Part shown: piece by piece, positions 1 through 11,310 of the stretch | How the letters are laid out: each line of letters starts with the position of its first letter | Position numbering within the stretch: the stretch's first letter is position 1 | Assembly: GCF_036321535.1 (NCBI RefSeq) | Contig: NC_087436.1 | Span: 682,001-746,000, forward strand | Reading direction: 5' to 3' | DNA length: 64,000 bases | From: Camelus dromedarius | Taxonomy: Eukaryota | Notes under the pieces: generated by a model | Told to the model about the DNA's origin: nothing | Databases searched by the model: none | The model's input: only the letters and a program-made list of their open reading frames with translations | Made by a program: the position numbers and the translations under genes

Positions 1-3000
1 TTTGCAACTGAAAAGAAACTTTGTGTTCCCAACAAGCTAGGTGAAGGACGGCTTTCACACACATTTATCTCTCAGAACTGAACAAGTGGATAGACGTTCG
101 TTCATGTAGCACCAAGGGAACGGGTTGCAGGAGACACTTTTTCTCTGCTTTCTCAGTCTGTTTCCTAGTGCCGGTTTGAAGTTCCTGCAGTTTTCATTGT
201 CAAACCGATTTGGAGCTAGTATCTCCCCTTATATATGTATGGAATGGAGTTTACAACTGAAAAGAAACTTTGTGTTCCCAACAAGCTTGGTGAAGAGCGG
301 CTTTCACACACACTTATCTCTCAGAACTGAGCAAGTGGAGAGAAGTTCGTTCATCCAGCACCAAGGGAACGGGTTGCAGGAGACACTTTTTCTCTGCTTT
401 CTCAGTCTGTTTCCTAGTGCCGGTTTGAAGTTCCTGCAGTTATCACTGTCAAACCGTGTTGGAGCTAGTACCTCCCCATATATATGTATGGAATGGAGTT
501 TGCAACTGAAAAGAAACTTTGTGTTCCCAACAAGCTAGGTGAAGGACGGCTTTCACACACACTTATCTCTCAGAACTGAGCAAGTGGAGAGACGTTCGTT
601 CATCTAGCACTAAGGGAACGGTTTGCAGGAGACACTTTTTCTCTGTTTTCTCAGTCTGTTTCCTAGTGCCGGTTTGAAGTTCCTGCAGATTTCACTGTGA
701 AACCCAGTTGGAGCTTCTACCTCCCCATATATATGTATGGAATGGAGTTTGCAACTGAAAAGAAACTTTGTGTTCCCAACAAGCAAGGTGAAGGACGGCT
801 TTCACACACACTTATCTCTCAGAACTGAGCAAGTGGAGAGACGTTCGTTCATCTAGCACCAAGGGAACGGGTTGCAGGAGACACTTTTTCTCTGCTTTCT
901 CAGTCTGTTTCCTAGTGCCGGTTTGAAGTTCCTGCAGTTTTCACTGTCAATCCGAGTTGGAGCTAGTACCTCCCCGTATATATGTATGGAATGGAGTTTG
1001 CAACTGAAAAGAAACTTTGTGTTCCCAACAAGCTTGGTGAAGGACGGCTTTCACTCACATTTATCTCTCAGAACTGAGCAAGTGGAGAGACGTTCGTTCA
1101 TGTAGCACCAAGGGAACGGGTAGCAGGAGACACTATTTCTCTGCTTTCTCAGTCTGTTTCCTAGTGCCGGTTAGAAGTTCCTACAATTTTCACTGTCAAA
1201 CCGTGTTGGAGCTAGTACCTCCCCATATATATGTATGGAATGGAGTTTGCAACTGAAAAGAAACTTTGTGTTCCCAACAAGCTAGGTGAAGGACGGCTTT
1301 CACACACACTTATCTCTCAGAACTGAGCAAGTGGAGAGACGTTCGTTCATCTAGCACCAAGGGAACGGGATGCAGGAGACACTTTTTCTCTGATTTCTCA
1401 GTCTGTTTCCTAGTGCCGGTTTGAAGTTCCTGCAGTTTTCACTGTCAAACCGAGTTGGAGCTAGTACCTCCCCATATATATGTATGGATTGGAGTTGGCA
1501 ACTGAAAAGAAACTTTGTGTTCCAAACAAGCTTGTTGAAGGACGGCTTTCACACACACATATCTCTCAGAACTGAGCAAGTGGAGAGACGTTCGTTCATC
1601 TAGCACCAAGGGAACGGGTTGCAGGAGACACTTTTTCTCTGCTTCCTCAGTCTGTTTCCTAGTGCCGGTTTGAAGTTCCTGCAGTTTTCACTGTAAAACC
1701 GAGTTGGAGCTTGTACCTCCCCATATATATGTATGGAATGGAGTTTGCAACTGAAAAGAAACTTTATGTTCCCAACAAGCTAGGTGAAGGACGGCTTTCA
1801 CACACACTTATCTCTCAGAACTGAGCAAGTGGAGAGACGTTCGTTCATCTAGCACCAAGGGAACGGGTTGCAGGAGAAACTTTTTCTCTGTTTTCTCAGT
1901 CTGTTTCCTAGTGCCGGTTTGAAGTTCCTGCAGTTTTCACTGTGAATTCGAGTTGGAGCTTCTAACTCCCCATATATATGTATGGAATGGAGTTTGCAAC
2001 TGAAAAATAACTTTGTGTTCCCTACAAGCAAGGTGAAGGACGGCTTTCACACACACTTATCTTTCAGAACTGAGCAAGTGGAGAGACGTTCGTTCATCTA
2101 GCACCAAGGGAACGGGTTGCAGGAGACACTTTTTCTCTGCTTCCTCAGTCTGTTTCCTAGTGCCGGTTTGAAGTTCCTGCAGTTTTCTCTGTGAATTCGA
2201 GTTGGAGCTTCTACCTCCCCATATATATGTATGGAATGGAGTTTGCAACTGAAAAGTAACTTTGTGTTCCCTACAAGAAAGGTGAAGGACGGCTTTCACA
2301 CACACTTAACTTTCAGAACTGAGCAAGTGGAGAGACGTTCGTTCATCTAGCACCAAGGGAACGGGTTGCAGGAGACACTTTTTCTCTGCTTTCTCAGTGT
2401 GTTTCCTAGTGCCGGTATGAAGTTCCTGCAGTTTTCACTGTAATACCGTGTTGGAGTTTCTACCGCCCCATATATATGTATGGAATGGAGTTTGCAACTG
2501 AAAAGAAACTTTGTGTTCCCAACAAGAAATGTGAAGGACGGCTTTCACACACACTTATCTCTCAGAACTGAGCAAGTGGAGAGACGTTCGTTCATCTAGC
2601 ACCAAGGGAACGGGTTGCAGGAGACACTTTTTCTCTGCTTCCTCAGTCTGTTTCCTAGTGCCGGTTTGAAGTTCCTGCAGTTTTCACTGTAAAACCGAGT
2701 TGGAGCTTGTACCTCCCCATATATATGTATGGAATGGAGTTTGCAACTGAAAAGAAACTTTGTGTTCCCAACAAGCTAGGTGAAGGACGGCTTTCACACA
2801 CACTTATCTCTCAGAACTGAGCAAGTGGAGAGACGTTCGTTCATCTAGCACCAAGGGAACGGGTTGCAGGAGACACTTTTTCTCTGTTTTCTCAGTCTGT
2901 TTCCTAGTGCCGGTTTGAAGTTCCTGCAGTTTTCACTGTGAATTCGAGTTGGAGCTTCTACCTCCCCATATATATGTATGGAATGGAGTTTGCAACTGAA

Positions 3001-6000
3001 AAGAAACTTTGTGTTCCCTACAAGCAAGGTGAAGGACGGCTTTCACACACACTTATCTCTCAGAACTGAGCAAGTGTAGAGACTTTCGTTCATCCAGCAC
3101 CAAGGGAACGGGTTGCAGGGGACACTTTTTCTCTGCTTTCTCAGTCTGTTTCCTAGTGCCGGTTTGAAGTTCCTGCAGTTATCACTGTAAAACAGAGTTG
3201 GAGCTTCTACCTCCCCATATATACGAATGGAATGGAGTTTGCAACTGAAAAGAAACTTTGTGTTCCCAAAAAGCTAGGTGAAGGACGGCTTTCACACACA
3301 CTTATCTCTCAGAACTGAGCAAGTGGAGAGACGTTCGTTCATCTAGCACCAAGGGAACGGGTTGCAGGAGACACTTTTTCTCTGTTTTCTCAGTCTGTTT
3401 CCTAGTGCCGGTTTGAAGTTCCTGCAGTTTTCACTGTGAAATCGAGTTGGAGCTTCTACCTCCCCATATATATGTATGGAATGGAGTTTGCAACTGAAAA
3501 GAAACTTTGTGTTCCCAACAAGCTAGGTGAAGGACGGCTTTCACACACACTTATCTCTCCGAAATGAGCAAGTGGAGAGACGTTCCTTCATCTAGCACCA
3601 AGTGAACGGGTTGCAGGTGACACTTTTTCTCTGCTTTCTCACTCTGTTTCCTAGTGCCGGTTTGATGTTCCTGCAGTTTTCACTGTCAAACCGAGTTGGA
3701 GCTAGTACCTCCCATATATATGTATGGAATGGAGTTTGCAACTGAAAAGAAACTTTGTGTTCCCAACAAGCTAGGTGAAGGACGGCTTTCACACACACTT
3801 ATCTCTCAGAACAGAGCAAGTGGAGAGACGTTCGTTCATCTAGCACCAAGGGAACGGGTTGCAGGAGTCACTATTTCTCTGCTTTCTCAGTCTGTTTCCT
3901 AGTGCCGTTTTGAAGTTCCTGCAGTTTTCACTGTCAAACCGAGTTGGAGCTAGTACCTCCCCATATATATGTATGGAATGGAGTTTGCAACTGAAAAGAA
4001 ACTGTGTTCCCAACAAGCTAGGTGAAGGACGGCTTTCACACGCACATATCTCTCAGAACTGAGCAAGTGGAGAGACGTTCGTTCATCTAGCACCAAGGGA
4101 ACGGGTTGCAGGAGACACTTTTTCTCTGCTTCCTCAGTCTGTTTCCTAGTGCCGGTTAGAATTTCCTGCAGTTTTCACTGCAAAACCGAGTTGGAGCTTG
4201 TACCTCCCCATATATATGTATGGAATGGAGTTTGCAACTGAAAAGAAACTTTGTGTTCTCAACAAGCTAGGTGAAGGACGGCTTTCACACGCACATATTT
4301 CTCAGAACTGAGCAAGTGGAGAGACGTTCGTTCATCTAGCACCAAGGGAACGGGTTGCAGGAGACCCTTTTTCTCTGCTTTCTCAGTCTGTTTCCTAGTG
4401 CCGGTTTGAAGTTCCTGCAGTTTTCACTGTAAACCCGTGTTGGAGTTTCTACCGCCCCATATATATGTATGGAATGGAGTTTGCAACTGAAAAGAAACTT
4501 TGTGTTCCCAACAAGCAAGGTGAAGGACGGCTTTCACACACACTTATCTCTCAGAACTGAGCAAGTGGAGAGACGTTCGTTCATCTAGCACCAAGGGAAC
4601 GGGTTGGAGGAGACACTTTTTCTCTGCTTTATCAGTCTGTTTCCTAATGCCGGTTTGAAGTTCCTGCAGTTTTCACTGTCAAACCGTGTTGGAGCAAGTA
4701 CCTCCCCATATATATGTATGGAATGGAGTTGGCAACAGAAAAGAAACTTTGTGTTAAAAAAAAGCTAGTTGAAGGACGGCTTTCACACACACATATCTCT
4801 CAGAACTGAGCAAGTGGAGAGACGTTCGTTCATCTAGCACCAAGGGAACGGGTTGCAGGAGACACTTTTTCTCTGCTTCCTCAGTCTGTTTCCTAGTGCC
4901 GGTTTGAAGTTCCTGCAGTTTTCACTGTAAAACCGAGTTGGAGCTTGTACCTCCCCATATATATGTATGGAATGGAGTTTGCAACTGAAAAGAAACTTTG
5001 TGTTCCCAACAAGCTAGGTGAAGGACGGCTTTCACACACACTTATCTCTCAGAACTGAGCAAGTGTAGAGACTTTCGTTCATCCAGCACCAAGGGAACGG
5101 GTTGCAGGAGACACTTTTTCTCTGCTTTCTCAGTCTGTTTCCTAGTGCCGGTTTGAAGTTCCTGCAGTTATCACTGTAAAACAGAGTTGGAGCTTCTACC
5201 TCCCCATATATACGTATGGAATGGAGTTTGCAACTGAAAAGAAACTTTGTGTTCCCAAAAAGCTAGGTGAAGGACGGCTTTCACACACACTTATCTCTCA
5301 GAACTGAGCAAGTGGAGAGACTTTCGTTCATCTAGCACCAAGGGAACGGGTTGCAGGAGACACTTTTTCTCTGCTTCCTCAGTCTGTTTCCTAGTGCCGG
5401 TTTGAAGTTCCTGCAGTTTTCACTGTAAAACCGAGTTGGAGCTTGTACCTCCCCATATATATGTATGGAATGGAGTTTGCAACTGAAAAGAAACTTTGTG
5501 TTCCCAACAAGATAGGTGAAGGACGGCTTTCACACACACTTATCTCTCAGAACTGAGCAAGTGTAGAGACTTTCGTTCATCCAGCACCAAGGGAACGGGT
5601 TGCAGGGGACACTTTTTCTCTGCTTTCTCAGTCTGTTTCCTAGTGCCGGTTTGAAGTTCCTGCAGTTATCACTGTAAAACAGAGTTGGAGCTTCTACCTC
5701 CCCATATATACGAATGGAATGGAGTTTGCAACTGAAAAGAAACTTTGTGTTCCCAAAAAGCTAGGTGAAGGACGGCTTTCACACACACTTATCTCTCAGA
5801 ACTGAGCAAGTGGAGAGACGTTCGTTCATCTAGCACCAAGGGAACGGGTTGCAGGAGACACTTTTTCTCTGTTTTCTCAGTCTGTTTCCTAGTGCCGGTT
5901 TGAAGTTCCTGCAGTTTTCACTGTGAAATCGAGTTGGAGCTTCTACCTCCCCATATATATGTATGGAATGGAGTTTGCAACTGAAAAGAAACTTTGTGTT

Positions 6001-8830
6001 CCCAACAAGCTAGGTGAAGGACGGCTTTCACACACACTTATCTCTCCGAAATGAGCAAGTGGAGAGACGTTCGTTCATCTAGCACCAAGTGAACGGGTTG
6101 CAGGTGACACTTTTTCTCTGCTTTCTCACTCTGTTTCCTAGTGCCGGTTTGATGTTCCTGCAGTTTTCACTGTCAAACCGAGTTGGAGCTAGTACCTCCC
6201 ATATATATTTATGGAATGGAGTTTGCAACTGAAAAGAAACTTTGTGTTCCCAACAAGCTAGGTGTAGGACGGCTTTCACTCACACTTATCTCTCAGAACT
6301 GAGCAAGTGGAGAGACGTTCGTTCATGTAGCACCAAGGGAACGGGTTGCAGGAGACACATTTTCTCTGCTTTCTCAGTCTGTTTCCTAGTGCCGATTTGA
6401 AGTTCCTGCAGTTTTCACTGTAAAACCGAGTTGGAGCTAGTACCTCCCCATATATATGTATGGAATGGAGTTTGCAACTGAAAAGAAACTTTGTGTTCCC
6501 AACAAGCTAGGTGAAGGACGGCTTTCACACACACTTATTTCCCAGAACTGAGCAAGTGGAGAGACGTTCGTTCATCTAGCACCAAGGAAACGGGTTGCAG
6601 GAGACACTTTTTCTCTGCTTTCTCTGTCTGTTTCCTAGTGCCGGTATGAAGTTCCTGCAGTTTTCACTGTAAAACCGAGTTGGAGCTTGTACCTCCCCAT
6701 ATATATGTATGGAATGGAGTTTGCAACTGAAAAGAAACTTTGTGTTCCCAACAAGCTAGGTGAAGGACGGCTTTCACACACACTTATCTCTCAGAACTGA
6801 GCAAGTGGAGAGACGTTCGTTCATCTAGCACCAAGGGAACGGGTTGCAGGGGACACATTTTCTCTGCTTTCTCAGTCTGTTTCCTAGTGCCGGTTTGAAG
6901 TTCCTGCAGTTTTCACTGTCAAACCGAGTTGGAGCTTCTACCTCCCCATATATATGTATGGAATGGAGATTGCAACTGAAAAGAAACTTTGTGTTCCCAA
7001 CAAGATAGGTGAAGGACGGCTTTCACACACACTTATCTCTCAGAAATGAGCAAGTGGAGAGACGTTCGTTCATCTAGCACCAAGGGAACGGGTTGCAGGA
7101 GACACTTTTTCTCTGCTTTCTCAGTCTGTTTCCTAGTGCCGGTTTGAAGTTCCTGCAGTTTTCACTGTCAAACCGAGTTGGAGCTAGTACCTCCCCATAT
7201 ATATGTATGGAATGGAGTTTGCAACTGAAAAGAAACTTTGTGTTCCCAACAAGCTAGGTGAAGGACGGCTTTCACACACACTTATCTCTCAGAACAGAGC
7301 AAGTGGAGAGACGTTCGTTCATCTAGCACCAAGGGAACGGGTTGCAGGAGTCACTTTTTCTCTGCTTTCTCAGTCTGTTTCCTAGTGCCGTTTTGAAGTT
7401 CCTGCAGTTTTCACTGTCAAACCGAGTTGGAGCTAGTACCTCCCCATATATATGTATGGAATGGAGTTTGCAACTGAAAAGAAACTGTGTTCCCAACAAG
7501 CTAGGTGAAGGACGGCTTTCACACGCACATATCTCTCAGAACTGAGCAAGTGGAGAGACGTTCGTTCATCTAGCACCAAGGGAACGGGTTGCAGGAGACA
7601 CTTTTTCTCTGCTTCCTCAGTCTGTTTCCTAGTGCCGGTTAGAATTTCCTGCAGTTTTCACTGCAAAACCGAGTTGGAGCTTGTACCTCCCCATATATAT
7701 GTATGGAATGGAGTTTGCAACTGAAAAGAAACTTTGTGTTCTCAACAAGCTAGGTGAAGGACGGCTTTCACACGCACATATTTCTCAGAACTGAGCAAGT
7801 GGAGAGACGTTCGTTCATCTAGCACCAAGGGAACGGGTTGCAGGAGACCCTTTTTCTCTGCTTTCTCAGTCTGTTTCCTAGTGCCGGTTTGAAGTTCCTG
7901 CAGTTTTCACTGTAAACCCGTGTTGGAGTTTCTACCGCCCCATATATATGTATGGAATGGAGTTTGCAACTGAAAAGAAACTTTGTGTTCCCAACAAGCA
8001 AGGTGAAGGACGGCTTTCACACACACTTATCTCTCAGAACTGAGCAAGTGGAGAGACGTTCGTTCATCTAGCACCAAGGGAACGGGTTGGAGGAGACACT
8101 TTTTCTCTGCTTTATCAGTCTGTTTCCTAATGCCGGTTTGAAGTTCCTGCAGTTTTCACTGTCAAACCGTGTTGGAGCAAGTACCTCCCCATATATATGT
8201 ATGGAATGGAGTTGGCAACAGAAAAGAAACTTTGTGTTCCAAACAAGCTAGTTGAAGGACGGCTTTCACACACACATATCTCTCAGAACTGAGCAAGTGG
8301 AGAGACGTTCGTTCATCTAGCACCAAGGGAACGGGTTGCAGGAGACACTTTTTCTCTGCTTCCTCAGTCTGTTTCCTAGTGCCGGTTTGAAGTTCCTGCA
8401 GTTTTCACTGTAAAACCGAGTTGGAGCTTGTATCTCCCCATATATATGTATGGAATGGAGTTTGCAACTGAAAAGAAACTTTGTGTTCCCAACAAGCTAG
8501 GTGAAGGACGGCTTTCACACACACTTATCTCTCAGAACTGAGCAAGTGTAGAGACTTTCGTTCATCCAGCACCAAGGGAACGGGTTGCAGGGGACACTTT
8601 TTCTCTGCTTTCTCAGTCTGTTTCCTAGTGCCGGTTTGAAGTTCCTGCAGTTATCACTGTAAAACAGAGTTGGAGCTTCTACCTCCCCATATATACGAAT
8701 GGAATGGAGTTTGCAACTGAAAAGAAACTTTGTGTTCCCAAAAAGCTAGGTGAAGGACGGCTTTCACACACACTTATCTCTCAGAACTGAGCAAGTGGAG
8801 AGACGTTCGTTCATCTAGCACCAAGGGAAC
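1..8830. repeat. Copy 1 of a long near-identical block (partner 13939-22768; offset 13,938 bp = 56 monomers)
   Basis: Identical ORF-track series at a constant offset (125/14063, 872/14810, 1421/15359, 3592/17530, 6079/20017, 7819/21757). Private variants are shared. The copies diverge at about 8833 vs 22771. Confidence 0.93.
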
Positions 8831-9829
8831 GGCTTGCAGGGGACACTTTTTCTCTGCTTTCTCAGTCTGTTTCCTAGTGCCGGTTTGAAGTTCCTGCAGT
8901 TTTCACTGTAAAACCGAGTTGGAGCTTCTACCTCCACATATATATGTATGGAATGGAGTTTGCAACTGAAAAGAAACTTTGTGTTCCCAACAAGCTAGTT
9001 GAAGGACGGCTTTCACACACACTTATCTCTCAGAACAGAGCAAGTGGAGAGACGTTCGTTCATCTAGCACCAAGGGAACGGGTTGCAGGGGACACTTTTT
9101 CTCTGCTATCTCAGTCTGTTTCCTAGTGCCGGTTAGAAGTTCCTGCAGTTTTCATTGTCAAACCGATTTGGAGCTAGTATCTCCCCATATATATGTATGG
9201 AATGGAGTTTACAACTGAAAAGAAACTTTGTGTTCCCAACAAGCAAGGTGAAGGACGGCTTTCACACACACTTATCTCTCAGAACTGAGCAAGTGGAGAG
9301 ACGTTCGTTCATCTAGCACCAAGGGAACGGGTAGCAGGAGACACTATTTCTCTGCTTTCTCAGTCTGTTTCCTAGTGCCGGTTAGAAGTTCCTGCAGTTT
9401 TCACTGTCAAACCGTGTTGGAGCTAGTACCTCCCCATATATATGTATGGAATGGAGTTTGCAACTGAAAAGAAACTTTGTGTTCCCAACAAGCTAGGTGA
9501 AGGACGGCTTTCACACACACTTATCTCTCAGAACTGAGCAAGTGGAGAGACGTTCGTTCATCTAGCACCAAGGGAACGGGTTGCAGGAGACACTTTTTCT
9601 CTGATTTCTCAGTCTGTTTCCTAGTGCCGGTTTGAAGTTCCTGCAGTTTTCACTGTCAAACCGAGTTGGAGCTAGTACCTCCCCATATATATGTATGGAT
9701 TGGAGTTGGCAACTGAAAAGAAACTTTGTGTTCCAAACAAGCTAGTTGAAGGACGGCTTTCACACACACATATCTCTCAGAACTGAGCAAGTGGAGAGAC
9801 GTTCGTTCATCTAGCACCAAGGGAACGGG

Positions 9830-11310
9830 TTGCAGGAGACACTTTTTCTCTGCTTCCTCAGTCTGTTTCCTAGTGCCGGTTTGAAGTTCCTGCAGTTTTC
9901 ACTGTAAAACCGAGTTGGAGCTTGTACCTCCCCATATATATGTATGGAATGGAGTTTGCAACTGAAAAGAAACTTTATGTTCCCAACAAGCTAGGTGAAG
10001 GACGGCTTTCACACACACTTATCTCTCAGAACTGAGCAAGTGGAGAGACGTTCGTTCATCTAGCACCAAGGGAACGGGTTGCAGGAGACACTTTTTCTCT
10101 GTTTTCTCAGTCTGTTTCCTAGTGCCGGTTTGAAGTTCCTGCAGTTTTCACTGTGAATTCGAGTTGGAGCTTCTACCTCCCCATATATATGTATGGAATG
10201 GAGTTTGCAACTGAAAAGTAACTTTGTGTTCCCTACAAGCAAGGTGAAGGACGGCTTTCACACACACTTATCTTTCAGAACTGAGCAAGTGGAGAGACGT
10301 TCGTTCATCTAGCACCAAGGGAACGGGTTGCAGGAGACACTTTTTCTCTGCTTTCTCAGTCTGTTTCCTAGTGCCGGTTTGAAGTTCCTGCAGTTTTCAC
10401 TGTAAAACCGTGTTGGAGTTTCTACCGCCCCATATATATGTATGGAATGGAGTTTGCAACTGAAAAGAAACTTTGTGTTCCCAACAAGCAAGGTGAAGGA
10501 CGGCTTTCACACACACTTATCTCTCAGAACTGAGCAAGTGGAGAGACGTTCGTTCATCAAGCACCAAGGGAACGGGTTGCAGGGGACACTTTTTCTCTGC
10601 TTCCTCAGTCTGTTTCCTAGTGCCGGTTTGAAGTTCCTGCAGTTTTCACTGTAAAACCGAGTTGGAGCTTGTACCTCCCCATATATATGTATGGAATGGA
10701 GTTTGCAACTGAAAAGAAACTTTGTGTTCCCAACAAGCTAGGTGAAGGACGGCTTTCACACACACTTATCTCTCAGAACTGAGCAAGTGGAGAGACGTTC
10801 GTTCATCTAGCACCAAGGGAACGGGTTGCAGGAGACACTTTTTCTCTGTTTTCTCAGTCTGTTTCCTAGTGCCGGTTTGAAGTTCCTGCAGTTTTCACTG
10901 TGAATTCGAGTTGGAGCTTCTACCTCCCCATATATATGTATGGAATGGAGTTTGCAACTGAAAAGTAACTTTGTGTTCCCTACAAGCAAGGTGAAAGACG
11001 GCTTTCACACACACTTATCTTTCAGAACTGAGCAAGTGGAGAGTCGTTCGTTCATCTAGCACCAAGGGAACGGGTTGCAGGAGACACTTTTTCTCTGCTT
11101 TCTCAGTCTGTTTCCTAGTGCCGGTTTGAAGTTCCTGCAGTTTTCACTGTAAAACCGTGTTGGAGTTTCTACCGCCCCATATATATGTATGGAATGGAGT
11201 TTGCAACTGAAAAGAAACTTTGTGTTCCCAACAAGCAAGGTGAAGGACGGCTTTCACACACACTTATCTCTCAGAACTGAGCAAGTGGAGAGACGTTCGT
11301 TCATCTAGCA
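9830..11310. repeat. Tandem duplication of a 3-monomer unit (747 bp)
   Basis: 10060/10807 and 10309/11056 are offset by 747. Shared variants: gtgaattc, aaagtaact, ccctac, tctttcag, taccgcc. Confidence 0.8.

Noticed and set aside
1..249. Tandem 5S rRNA, tRNA or snRNA gene array
   Set aside because: I see no recognisable 5S, tRNA or snRNA sequence and no convincing Pol III A/B/C boxes in the monomer.
476..490. TATA-like promoter (catatatatg)
   Set aside because: A short AT tract repeated in every monomer, with no supporting promoter context; transcription cannot be inferred from it.
489..498. HSat2/3-like GGAAT repeats
   Set aside because: Only tggaatggag once per monomer; this is not a pentamer array.
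1310..1340. Primate alpha-satellite identity (shared short words tctcagaa, gcaagtgga, gaaact..ttgtg)
   Set aside because: The period is 249 rather than 171 bp and the matches are short and not collinear. A database search would be needed to show any real homology.
1630..1655. Hammerhead ribozyme on the minus strand (CUGAGGA ... GAAA in ttcctcag variants)
   Set aside because: Only 6 non-pairing nucleotides separate the motifs, so there is no stem II. I could not build stems I and III either.
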